Notes: generated by a model from the letters alone, not told the origin. 64,000 nucleotides of DNA from Chloroflexota bacterium (GCA_036741355.1 DAINSK010000013.1:2349-66348); one strand, 5' to 3'. Shown: positions 18,701-27,999, numbered from the stretch's first letter. A program made the numbers and translations.

Positions 18701-19009
18701 CTATTGCTGCGGGGAGACCAGGACCTCTAACAACTCCATTCGTGGTACGTCGTTGAGCAACGGTTGCAACTTGGCTTGATACGCGGCAAAGTCGGGATCT
18801 TTTTGATTGGCGTGCCGGAACTTCTCGAAGTCAGCCAGATTCTCGTGGAAAATTGTCACAACGAAGCTGGGCCGATCGCCGACGACTGAGGTGGCCAGGG
18901 CAATCCGCTGACCCCGTGCCTGACGCTTCTTAGCCTGCTCCGTCAGCAACTGTTGGATCGCCGCTTGTTTGCCGGCAGCCGGGTAGAGGGTAATGCGCTG
19001 GGTGTACAT
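18701..19009 (-). CDS. Small NIPSNAP/ABM-like alpha+beta barrel protein
   Basis: 102 aa, AAGGAG RBS, pattern ...HENLADFEKFRHANQKDPDF. Confidence 0.6.
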   Translation of the reverse strand: MYTQRITLYPAAGKQAAIQQLLTEQAKKRQARGQRIALATSVVGDRPSFVVTIFHENLADFEKFRHANQKDPDFAAYQAKLQPLLNDVPRMELLEVLVSPQQ

Positions 19010-19076
19010 GTAGGCTCCTTAGAACGCACATCATGCCAGTACGGCCGTACGGCAAGATAGCCGCACGGGGCAGTGT

Positions 19077-19411
19077 ATGGGCCTGCCAATTACGCCGTCA
19101 AGCGGCGTCGCCTACGCGCAGGCCAATCAGATGACGGTGTACGTGGAAACCTTGCTCTATGACGCGTCACCCGGCGCGCTGCCAGATTGGCTCATTAATG
19201 GCGGCGTGAACGCCGACCAGGTGCGTTCCGCAGTCCATGACTACATCGCTAAGGTCGGGATCGCTACTCAAATTACCGCCAGCCGGCCTCCGCCTGCCCA
19301 AACCCCGGCTTTACGTACGGCCGACCCTGGGAGCAGGCGCTCCTGTTCGACGAGAGCTTCCAGCCCAAACCGGCCTACGACACCGTGCTGGGCGTCCTTG
19401 CCGGCCGCTGA
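19077..19411 (+). pseudogene. Collapsed GH10 xylanase remnant
   Basis: AYAQANQMTVYVETL...LPDWL resembles the GH10 N-half. In another frame EQALLFDESFQPKPAYDTV* matches the GH10 C-terminus. Confidence 0.65.
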
Positions 19412-19555
19412 TCGAACTTCGGCGGGCCGCTGCCTCCAGCGCACGATCGCCGCGGGAAGTGTACCACCGCTGCAACGCTGGTTGTCCAAGCGCTCAGCGA
19501 ATAGTTCAATTCAGCATTTCCGACCACTGGACGGTACGATGCGGACCTGGAGCGG

Positions 19556-20224
19556 CTAGCAGGGGTTGGCGTCAGTCCGGATCGCCTCGCTATGGAGCGC
19601 AGCGAAGCGCGCCGTGATCGCCGCCTCCAGGTCGCGCTCGACCTGCCGGCGGGTGACGCCGGCGGCCGTGCAGCCTGGAACAAGCGGCGCGTGGCCCGTC
19701 CAGCCATCCCGCCCCTCTTCAAGGACGACAACCAGGGCGGGATGGATGACCGACTGGATCGTCGCCGGCCGGTTCGCTTGTGAGAGCGCTTCGATGCTCT
19801 TCATATCGAGATCCCGATGAACGACGGTCCAGCCGGTATCTCCAGCGGGCAGGAGGGCGAAATCAGTCGCCGCCGGCAACGGTAACCGTCGCCGGCGAGG
19901 AATGAACTCCTGCGCGTCGTCCGCCATTTGGCCCCATGATGGGGGCTCACCGCCATAGCGACAATGCACCGCCCATGCCCGATCGCCTTCGAACAATACG
20001 GCAAACGAGCGCCCCTCTCTTGCCTGATACTGCTCGAAGATTCGGCGGCCGATGTGCCCGGACATGATGGGCAGCCCGAACGCCTCAACGAACTGTTGAA
20101 GCGATTCGCCAATACGAGGTATGTCCACGGCGTGGCCAGCAAGCATTCCCGCCGCCTCCTTCGCGATACCGTCCAGAATGCAATTCAAACGCTTTAGAGA
20201 TGCGGGCTTTAGGAGTGGATTCAC
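19556..20224 (-). CDS. Unknown N-terminal domain fused to a C-terminal HicB-like domain
   Basis: C-terminal LVVVLEEGRDGWTGHAPLVPGCTAAGVTRRQVERDLEAAI is the HicB fold pattern. Confidence 0.6.
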   Translation of the reverse strand: MNPLLKPASLKRLNCILDGIAKEAAGMLAGHAVDIPRIGESLQQFVEAFGLPIMSGHIGRRIFEQYQAREGRSFAVLFEGDRAWAVHCRYGGEPPSWGQMADDAQEFIPRRRRLPLPAATDFALLPAGDTGWTVVHRDLDMKSIEALSQANRPATIQSVIHPALVVVLEEGRDGWTGHAPLVPGCTAAGVTRRQVERDLEAAITARFAALHSEAIRTDANPC

Positions 20225-20554
20225 TTAACCAGTTATTGACAAGCCTGACGAAAACGTAATCTACGGGATACCCATCGTCAAGACCTATTTTTGTTCCGCC
20301 GTGAACTATCTCGGGCATCCAGGACTTATCCACTGGCTATCCACAGGCTATGTGGAACGTTCGTTACAGGATTGAAATAGTGCTCGGGATGTGTGCTAGC
20401 CAGTAATGCTCGCCGTTATGGCAGCCAGCTAGTTTTTCCTCACGATAAATCGTCGACCTAGGCCCGGCGCTACGTTGCCGCGCTATACGGTTTGCTGCTA
20501 CCTCTTAACTGCCGGTCCTAGTGCAGCAGTCACCCGGCAGGGAGGGCCACTACT

Positions 20555-21484
20555 ATGCCTCGACCGATCTGGAAGGGCGTCATCGCCTTCGGTATGGTGT
20601 CCATTCCCGTGCGGCTCTCAAAAGCGACGGAAGAGCAGGATTTACGCTTCCATCTGCTGCACGCGCCGGACCACGCCCGTTTGAAACAGCTCCGGGTCTG
20701 TAGCGAAGACGGTCAGCAGGTGGCGATGAATGAGACCGTCAAGGCTTACGAGGTGTCGCCGGACGAATACGTCGTGATGGAGCCGGCGGACTTCGAGCAG
20801 GTGCAGGTCGAGAGCGCCCGCACGATCGAAATTAATGAGTTTGTGCCGCTGGACGCCATCGACCCGATTTACTTCGAACGCTCGTACTTTCTGGAGCCCG
20901 AGACGACCGGCAGGAAGCCGTTTGCCCTGCTTCGCCGAGCGCTGGAAGACGGACGGCGGATCGGCATCGCCAATCTCACCATGGCGCAGAAGGAGTACCT
21001 CTGCGCCATCCGGCTCTACCGCGGTACGCTCCTGCTCAACACCCTGCACTATGCCGACGAGATCCGGGCCGTGCCGGAAGGCGTCGACACTGACGAGGTC
21101 AAAATCAGTGACAAGGAAGTCGCCTTGGCGGCGTCGCTGGTGGAGGCGCTGAGCGAGGAGTTTGAACCCGAAAAATACCACGACCGTTACCGCGAGGCGC
21201 TACTGGCCATTGTCACGAAGAAGCAGGAAGGGCAGCAGATCGAACCCAAGCGCATGGCTACGAGCCGCATGGCCGCCACCGACCTGATGTCGGCGCTGCG
21301 CGAGAGCGTGGAGGCCGTACGCAAAAACAAGGCGCCCGCGTCCGCGGCTTCGCGAGCGAACACGGCGGGAAGGAAAGCGGCCACGCAACCGCCCGCGACG
21401 ACAGCGCGGCGCGGTAAGCCCGCGAAGACTGCGCCGATCATCGAAACCGTGGCGGCCAAGCGGCGGGTCCGCAAGGCGAGCTAA
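20555..21484 (+). CDS. ku: Ku NHEJ DNA end-binding protein
   Basis: MPRPIWKGVIAFGMVSIPVRL, IDPIYFERSYFLEP and a basic C-terminal tail. Confidence 0.97.
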   Translation: MPRPIWKGVIAFGMVSIPVRLSKATEEQDLRFHLLHAPDHARLKQLRVCSEDGQQVAMNETVKAYEVSPDEYVVMEPADFEQVQVESARTIEINEFVPLDAIDPIYFERSYFLEPETTGRKPFALLRRALEDGRRIGIANLTMAQKEYLCAIRLYRGTLLLNTLHYADEIRAVPEGVDTDEVKISDKEVALAASLVEALSEEFEPEKYHDRYREALLAIVTKKQEGQQIEPKRMATSRMAATDLMSALRESVEAVRKNKAPASAASRANTAGRKAATQPPATTARRGKPAKTAPIIETVAAKRRVRKAS

Positions 21485-21503
21485 CACGGGGGCCCGAACC
21501 ATC

Positions 21504-22517
21504 ATGGCGCAAGCCTACCCGCTGACTGTCCGTCCAATGATGGCGACGCTCGTTGCCGAGCCGTTCGACTCCAGCGAGCACCTATTCGAAGTCAAATGGG
21601 ATGGGATGCGCGTAATCGCCTTCATTGATAACGGCAACGTGCGCCTCCAATCACGAAACCTGCGCGACGTCACGTCGTACTTCCCCGAGCTGGCCACGCT
21701 GCCCCGACACGTTGCCGGCCGGCGCGCGGTGCTCGACGGCGAGGTGGTTAGTTTTCGCGACGGCAAGCCCTCGTTTGCGCAGCTCCAGTACCGTCTGGGC
21801 ATGCGCGATGGCCTGGCGTCCTCATCCCGCGCGGTGCGGGCCGATGTAAGCTACGAGGCGTTCGACCTGCTCTACCTCGATGACCGCGAGCTGTTGCGGT
21901 TGCCGCTTGACGACCGTAAAGAGCTGCTGACACAGCACTTTACGGTCGGCGATTACGGCCAGCCGTGTGAGTTTCTGCGCGAGCGCGGCCGCGACTACAT
22001 GCAGGCGATCGAGCTGCAGGGTCTGGAAGGGATGGTTGCCAAGCTGCGATCCAGCCCATATCTGCCGGGAAAGCGCTCGCCCGCGTGGCAAAAGGTGAAG
22101 ATGCGCCGTTCCGGGGAGTTTGTCATCGGAGGCTACACCTTCGGCGCCGGCTACCGCAGTCGCTATTTCGGCGCGCTCATGCTTGGCCTCTACGACGCCG
22201 CGGGCAGGCTGCACTTCGCGGGCATGGTCGGAGGCGGCTTCACCGAGACGCTGATGCGCCAGCTCAAACCGGTCCTGGAGCAGGTGCAAGCAGCAGAGTG
22301 CCCCTTCGTCGACCCGCCCGACATCGAGCGATTCTCCTACTGGTGCTGGCCGCGCCTCGTGTGCAAGGTGAAGTACGCCGAGCTCACCGACCACCAGCGC
22401 CTGCGCTTTCCCATATTCGAGTCGCTGCGTCCCGACTGCGAACCGGACGATTGTACTTTTGCTGCCCTTTCTGCGGATGTGTCGCGCCCACCGGAGCCGG
22501 TGGACGCGCTCGGCTAA
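21504..22517 (+). CDS. ligD: ATP-dependent DNA ligase, stand-alone LigD ligase domain
   Basis: FEVKWDGMR, LDGEVV, FDLLYLD, EGMVAK, WQKVK and an OB domain. Confidence 0.93.
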   Translation: MAQAYPLTVRPMMATLVAEPFDSSEHLFEVKWDGMRVIAFIDNGNVRLQSRNLRDVTSYFPELATLPRHVAGRRAVLDGEVVSFRDGKPSFAQLQYRLGMRDGLASSSRAVRADVSYEAFDLLYLDDRELLRLPLDDRKELLTQHFTVGDYGQPCEFLRERGRDYMQAIELQGLEGMVAKLRSSPYLPGKRSPAWQKVKMRRSGEFVIGGYTFGAGYRSRYFGALMLGLYDAAGRLHFAGMVGGGFTETLMRQLKPVLEQVQAAECPFVDPPDIERFSYWCWPRLVCKVKYAELTDHQRLRFPIFESLRPDCEPDDCTFAALSADVSRPPEPVDALG

Positions 22518-22518
22518 C

Positions 22519-24201
22519 TCAGACGCCGAGGATGGTCGCCAGGTCGCACTTGGCGGCGTGAATGCCGAGCCACAGGTCGCCTCGCTCCGTTAAGAGATCG
22601 GGTACCGTTCTGAGCGTAAAGTCGGTCGGATAGATATGGGGCAGCTCTGCCCAGGATACCGGCATCGATACCGGTGCGCCCGGTGCCGGACGCGGGGCGT
22701 AGATTGCAGCCATATTCTTGCCGCGTACGTTCTGGTTCTTGTCGAGAAAGATGCGTCCCCGTCGCCGCTGTACCTGCCACTCGGTCGTGAAGCGGTCGGG
22801 ATGCTGTGTCGCAAGCCGCTCTACCAGTGTCTCGACGATGGCGCGCACCTCGGGAAACGTGAACTGGCGCCGAATCGGTACGTGCAGATGCAGGCCTGTT
22901 TTGCCCGACGTTTTGACGTAAACAGGGAGGCGGAGGCCGTCGAGCAGCTCTTTAATAGCGAACGCTGCTTCGATTCCGCGCTCGAAGCCGGCGCGATGGA
23001 GCGCCGGCTCGTCACCGGGCGCTTCGCTGCCGCTGTAAACGTACGGGTCAACGTCAAAGAGCAGCACGTCCGGATAGTTGAGGGCGCTCGCGTCGAGCGC
23101 CGGCTCACTGCGAGCGGTGTCGGTCGTAAAGGCGGTATCACCCGGCTCGGGCGGCGTCAGGCGGGAAAGCCAGGGGTGCAGCTCGATCGCTCCCATCTGG
23201 CCGAGCCAGACCAGCGTCGCGAGGTTGTGGGCCAGGACGTAGTGAAGGTCGCCATCACGGGTGCCCGAATAGACCGGCACGCTTTCGACAAAACCCGGGG
23301 CACGCTCGGGGCGCTCTTTCTGATAGAAACCGGGCGCCAGTGCACCGCTCGGATAGCGGGTAAGCGTGAGCGGCCGGTCGGCGAGGTGGCGGAGCAGGTG
23401 CGGCGCCATGCGTAGCAGGTACGTCAGGTACTCACGCTTGGTAATCGCACGTTTTCTGCCGGCGCTGGGCCAGTACTCTTTATCAAGATTGGTGAGCCGA
23501 ACCGTCCCGGATGCCAGCTCCAGGGTCACTGCGTCGCGCTTCGCCCCGACTGCGGCAACCGCCGTTTCAATTTCGGCAGCGTCGGTCCGCGATGGCGCGG
23601 GATGTACGACGTCGTCTAACGTGCGACCGGACAGTACCGAGTGATCATCGCCGGGTGTACCGGACTGATCCGCGGCAAAGGCATCGCGGTCCTTGATCAG
23701 CAGCCAGGCGCGCTCGCCCTGACGGCCGCCAATCTTGACCAGCGCCCAGCGCCCGCGCAGCTTGTGACCGTATAGCTCGACCTTTATCTGACCGCGTTCC
23801 AGTTGCTCGCGAATGAGTGCGCGGGCGGCGCGCTTTGCCGTCACCGGCGGTGAGCCTTTTGGTTCCGGCACCGGCGCATACTCGCCGGTGTCCCAGACGA
23901 TCACGCGGCCGGCGCCGTAATTCTCCGCGGGGATGACGCCTTCGAAGCTGCCGTAGTCAAGCGGGTGATCTTCGACCTGGGCTGCCAGCCGCTTGTCGCG
24001 GGGGAGCGCGGAGGGCCCTTTTGGCACCGCCCACGAGGCAAGTACGCCGCCGATCTCCAATCGAAAGTCGAAGTGGAGACGGCTCGCCGCGTGCTGTTGC
24101 ACGACGAATAGCGGTAGGCCGGTGGCAGAATTGAGGCCGCGTCCGGCGGGCTCCGGCGTGTCCGCAAAGCGTCGCTTGCCGCGGTAGGCATCAAGCGGCA
24201 T
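22519..24201 (-). CDS. ligD: LigD phosphoesterase plus primase-polymerase fusion without a ligase domain
   Basis: PE: FVVQQHAASRLHFDFRLE, SWAVPKGPS, EDHPLDY. Pol: FDVDP, KTSGKTGLH, DKNQN. Confidence 0.93.
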   Translation of the reverse strand: MPLDAYRGKRRFADTPEPAGRGLNSATGLPLFVVQQHAASRLHFDFRLEIGGVLASWAVPKGPSALPRDKRLAAQVEDHPLDYGSFEGVIPAENYGAGRVIVWDTGEYAPVPEPKGSPPVTAKRAARALIREQLERGQIKVELYGHKLRGRWALVKIGGRQGERAWLLIKDRDAFAADQSGTPGDDHSVLSGRTLDDVVHPAPSRTDAAEIETAVAAVGAKRDAVTLELASGTVRLTNLDKEYWPSAGRKRAITKREYLTYLLRMAPHLLRHLADRPLTLTRYPSGALAPGFYQKERPERAPGFVESVPVYSGTRDGDLHYVLAHNLATLVWLGQMGAIELHPWLSRLTPPEPGDTAFTTDTARSEPALDASALNYPDVLLFDVDPYVYSGSEAPGDEPALHRAGFERGIEAAFAIKELLDGLRLPVYVKTSGKTGLHLHVPIRRQFTFPEVRAIVETLVERLATQHPDRFTTEWQVQRRRGRIFLDKNQNVRGKNMAAIYAPRPAPGAPVSMPVSWAELPHIYPTDFTLRTVPDLLTERGDLWLGIHAAKCDLATILGV

Positions 24202-24260
24202 CGACTGTCGCTCCGTTTGGGCGCCTCAACAAGCGCGAGATAAGAGCCTCGCCCAGAGCA

Positions 24261-25781
24261 TCATCCCAGCTTCCCTGTGATAACGCATCCCAAGTCCGCC
24301 GCAATAAGCTCAAACTCTTCCAGCGCCGCGCGTAGGTCCTCCACGATCTCGGTGGCGATAATGTCCGGATCGGCGAGGCCGGCGGCGTCTTCCAGGCTGT
24401 CGTCCCGCAACCAGAAGATGTCCAGGCTGACCTTGTCGCGGCGAAGCAATTCGTCGTAATCGAACGCTCGCCAGCGGCCGTTCGGGTCCGTCTCCGACCA
24501 GGTGGGCGTGCGTTCGCGCCGGTTCCGCGGATTGAAGCAGGCGACGAAATCGTCGAGGTCAGAACGGGTCAGCGGGTTGTTCTTTAGCGTGATGTGGACG
24601 TTGGTGCGCAGGTCGAAGATCCACAGCTGCCGCGTCCATGGTTCCGGGTTGGCCGGCTTGCGGTCGAAGAAGAGCACGTTCGCTTTGACACCCTGTGCGT
24701 AGAAGATTCCGGTTGGCAGCCGCAAGAGGGTGTGCACGTCGCACTCTTGCAGCAGCTTCCGGCGGATCGTCTCACCGGCGCCGCCCTCGAACAACACGTT
24801 GTCCGGCACGACCACGGCCGCGCGGCCGTTGATTTTCAGCAGCGTCTTCACGTGCTGGACGAAGTTGAGCTGCTTATTGCTGGTGGAGGCCCAGAAGTCG
24901 TCGCGCACGACCGTCAAGGCCTGTCGCTCCTGATCGCCCTCTTCGTTCAGTACCATCACGCTCGACTTGCGTCCGAAGGGCGGATTGGTCAGGACGAGCT
25001 CATAACGGTCGCCGCGGTCCGACCTCAAACTGTCGTCGGTGAGGATCGGAGGCGCGCCGATTGCATCGGTCGGCCCGACGCCGTGCAAAAAGAGGTTCAT
25101 AGCGCAGAGCCGCGTGACGCCGTCCACGATCTCGACGCCGTGCAGCGCCTCCAGGCGAAGGTGGCGCTTCTGGTCGCCGTCGAGGTACGGGTTAGAATTA
25201 GCCACGTAATCGTATGCCGCGAGTAGGAATCCGCCTGTACCGCAGGCCGGGTCGCAGATCTGCTCTCCCGGCTGCGGCCGCATCACGTCCACGATGGCGC
25301 GGATCAGCGGGCGGGGCGTGAAGTACTGGCCGGCGCCGCCCTTGGTGTCCTGGGCGTTCTTCTCCAGCAACCCCTCGTAGGCGTCGCCCTTCACGTCCAC
25401 GTCGAGGGCGGTCCACTGCTCGCGGTCGATCAGGTCGACGATCAGCCGCCGCAGCTTGGCCGGGTCCTGGATCTTGTTCTGCGCCTTGCGAAAGATGATG
25501 CCGAGCATCCCCGGCTCGCGACCCAATGACTCCAGCACGTGCCGGTAGTGCGTTTCCAGCTCATCGCCGTCGCGGGCCAGAAGGCTCGGCCAGTCGAGAT
25601 CCGTCGGGATGGCGGATTCCTGGTCCCAGGGTGGTTGAGTGCGCTCGTGCGCCATCTTGAGGAAGAGCAGGAAGGTAAGCTGCTCCAGGTAGTCGCCGTA
25701 CGACAGCCCGTCGTCGCGCAGCACGTTGCAGTAATTCCACAGCTTCTGGACGATCTGTTGCGAGTGGTTCGCGGTGGTCAT
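24261..25781 (-). CDS. hsdM: Type I RM methyltransferase subunit M
   Basis: GQYFTPR, DPACGTGGFL and NPPF motifs. Confidence 0.96.
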   Translation of the reverse strand: MTTANHSQQIVQKLWNYCNVLRDDGLSYGDYLEQLTFLLFLKMAHERTQPPWDQESAIPTDLDWPSLLARDGDELETHYRHVLESLGREPGMLGIIFRKAQNKIQDPAKLRRLIVDLIDREQWTALDVDVKGDAYEGLLEKNAQDTKGGAGQYFTPRPLIRAIVDVMRPQPGEQICDPACGTGGFLLAAYDYVANSNPYLDGDQKRHLRLEALHGVEIVDGVTRLCAMNLFLHGVGPTDAIGAPPILTDDSLRSDRGDRYELVLTNPPFGRKSSVMVLNEEGDQERQALTVVRDDFWASTSNKQLNFVQHVKTLLKINGRAAVVVPDNVLFEGGAGETIRRKLLQECDVHTLLRLPTGIFYAQGVKANVLFFDRKPANPEPWTRQLWIFDLRTNVHITLKNNPLTRSDLDDFVACFNPRNRRERTPTWSETDPNGRWRAFDYDELLRRDKVSLDIFWLRDDSLEDAAGLADPDIIATEIVEDLRAALEEFELIAADLGCVITGKLG

Positions 25782-25818
25782 ATCGGCGCCGCTTTCAATG
25801 TCCTGCTCGCCTTCTCAT

Positions 25819-25893
25819 TCATACCAGGCCGCTGACGAACAGATTGGTGTCGATCACCGCCCGCAGATTACCCGCCGGGATGTTCGCGCTCAT
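25819..25893 (-). pseudogene. 24-aa stub of a PIN toxin
   Basis: MSANIPAGNLRAVIDTNLFVSGLV* overlaps the end of the Phd antitoxin; the rest of the gene is missing. Confidence 0.75.
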
Positions 25894-26155
25894 ACTGCTC
25901 GCGGCGGACCTCCTCGACCACGGCCGTCACGTCGCGGAGCACGACCTCCGGGTCCTTATCCTCGTTACGTCGCTGCAGCTCATTTCGGGCTTCGCGGAAC
26001 CGTTCCATGACGAACTCCCGGTAGCCATCGTACTGCTCGGAGCTAATAACGACGGCCATCGGCCGGCCGCGGCGTTCGACGATGACGGGCTCCTTGGTGT
26101 AGTAGACGCTACCTACGAGGTCGGAGAAGTTAGCCTGAGCGTCTTTGCTCCTCAT
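25868..26155 (-). CDS. Phd/YefM-family antitoxin
   Basis: DAQANFSDLVGSVYYTKEPVIVERRGRPMAVVIS signature. Confidence 0.9.
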   Translation of the reverse strand: MRSKDAQANFSDLVGSVYYTKEPVIVERRGRPMAVVISSEQYDGYREFVMERFREARNELQRRNEDKDPEVVLRDVTAVVEEVRREQYEREHPGG

Positions 26156-26361
26156 TACCAGGAACAATCCGCGTGTGCGATCGTGTGGCTGCTACTCCGG
26201 GGTGTTAATGGGCGGTGCGGTTGATTGTCGGAACTGGGCGAGGACGGTATGGAGGTCGGTGACACCTAACGCCTAAGCGCGCAGCCGGGTGCTGGTACCC
26301 CTACGCCTAGCAGGACGTACTGGTCCGACAGTGGCGCTGCCATCTGGCTTCTCCCGATGCT

Positions 26362-26428
26362 GGGCGAAGGAGGTGATCCTGAGGCACAGAGTTCGGGCCC
26401 GAGAGTGAACGCGTAACCGCCTTCGCCT
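26362..26428 (+). other. Stem-loop sequestering an extended SD (AAGGAGGTGATCC)
   Basis: 26362-26374 pairs with 26416-26428 (13 bp, one mismatch, one GU); the loop contains the palindrome TCGGGCCCGA. Confidence 0.4.
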
Positions 26429-26498
26429 CTGATAGCCTCCGGGCTGCAAGTCCGGCCATGCAAGACGGTGGCACGCCCGCGCCTGTGGCACGGCGGCC

Positions 26499-26762
26499 TC
26501 ACGGTGTGAGGTCGAGCGCCTCCACGACCCGCGTGTACGGGATCTGCGCCCGGTCGTTTACGTCCTGCACGGCCTGCGAGTCGCCCGCCTCGAACAGGCA
26601 CGTACAGCGGGATTCCTCGGGTATGAACGTGCTGCGGATATAGCGGACCGGCCGGCCTTCGGCGGTCATTTGCTCGCTCGTCTTGATGGCCGCCTTCTGC
26701 GCTCCAGCGAGCTGGTCCATGGTGATGCCGGGGAGGCTGCGCTCGACGGCGTACACTGCCAT
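26499..26762 (-). CDS. DUF4242 (SCO4226-like) small protein
   Basis: YAVERSLPG...VRYIRSTF...CTCLFEA...VN pattern. Confidence 0.8.
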   Translation of the reverse strand: MAVYAVERSLPGITMDQLAGAQKAAIKTSEQMTAEGRPVRYIRSTFIPEESRCTCLFEAGDSQAVQDVNDRAQIPYTRVVEALDLTP

Positions 26763-26943
26763 AATATTCCCCTATTCACTCTCATAGCGTCCGACGCCAC
26801 GAATCATACCATGCGTGGTAATCGCTCGCCCACGCCACGGTCAACGATCAGTGGCGTGGGTGATATGGCGCACGTTTTGGTTCTTATGCCGCACAGTGTG
26901 CAGCCCGCGTACTATAACAGGCAAGCCTGCCACGGCCGGTCGG

Positions 26944-27636
26944 CTAGCCTCGGATGTTCCAGAACGCCCCGGTCAGTCCGACGGCGGCAAAAATCGCCTC
27001 GGCCTCGTCCGGCGTCCTCCGGCGCCAGTCGGGACTCAACCTATCCCCGGACCAGGCTTTGGCCAGCTGCCAGCACTGCTGCGTGGACATCGTGCCACCC
27101 GGCGGCAAGCCCCGGAACGAGCGCCACCGCTCGACATGTGCTTCCGACCGGAAGATCAGCATGGTGGATCAGGTGAAGCCAATATTCTCCCACCACTTGG
27201 CCGCCGGGACGCCAAAATGCACGGTGCCGTCGCCCGTAGCCAGCTGACCGCCTTTGATCTCCAGAACGATCTCGTCGTTGCAATCGCCACACAGGGCGGC
27301 GACTGTCGCATCCGCATCCAGCGCGGCAGGGATACCAAGCGCGTCCAAGATGCAGATGCCCCAGTAGGTGTGTCCCAGTGCCTCTACGCGAAAGTTGGTC
27401 GGAACGGCGCAAAATGGATTTGCTGCCCAGATATTGAGCGAGTTCGGCGCGAAAGTCAGCACCCGTCCCGCTGCGAGCCGTCGAAGTGACTCCTCGACTT
27501 CGGTCTGCGACCGCCCGAGTCCCGCGGCGATCTCGGTCGGAATAGGGATCCGGGCGGTGTCCGCGGCCTGGCCGAAGACGAAGAGGCGCACATCCCGATC
27601 CAGTGCATCGGCGTCCGCTACCGGCTGATTTGCCAT
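26944..27636 (-). CDS. merB: MerB-like organometallic lyase, probable selenoprotein (Sec156, TGA 27169-27171)
   Basis: The two ORF-track halves are in the same frame, separated by TGA-TCC-ACC. CILD matches MerB C96-x-x-D99, and FT-U-STMLIFRS aligns with MerB SF-C159-CHVHFFAS. Confidence 0.8.
27135..27163 (-). promoter_or_regulatory. Bacterial SECIS-like hairpin
   Basis: After TGA: CATG-CTGAT-CTTCC-GGTC-GGAAG-CA-CATG. The apical loop starts with G, 19 nt after the UGA. Confidence 0.7.
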
Positions 27637-27999
27637 GATGTGATCTCCATTCCCCCACGCACAGGATGCACCCGCTTTGCCATAACCGGCAAGCTGGCGG
27701 TGCGGACTATTAGCTGCTAAGTGCGTGCCGTCCGTTGCCATCGCCGCTTCTTGACGTCCCCGTCCGCCGCTCGTCCCGCCCGCCCACAAAATCAAGTACC
27801 GAGAGCGCGACAAGATGCTATCGAGCGAACGTAGAGCAATCGGCTCTGGCGCCGGGAGCGGGAGGACGCCCAGCCGAAGACTTCAGATCCTGAATGACGG
27901 TTCGACACCCGGAGTATGAAGCTGGCGTAACGGATAACGCCGCCCGTCATTGTCGACATTTTGCAGGGTGGTGCATACTAGGTTAATAAGGAGCCCGCA

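Noticed and set aside
20326-20359. Replication origin
   Set aside because: Only three imperfect boxes, with no dnaA/dnaN and no AT-rich unwinding element.
26367-26379. 16S rRNA gene fragment
   Set aside because: Only 13 nt match the 16S tail; the flanks show no rRNA sequence.
26944-27636. mer operon, or MerB as a two-gene split or nonsense pseudogene
   Set aside because: No merA/merR/merT. The TGA position and hairpin favour Sec, though a nonsense mutation is not formally excluded.
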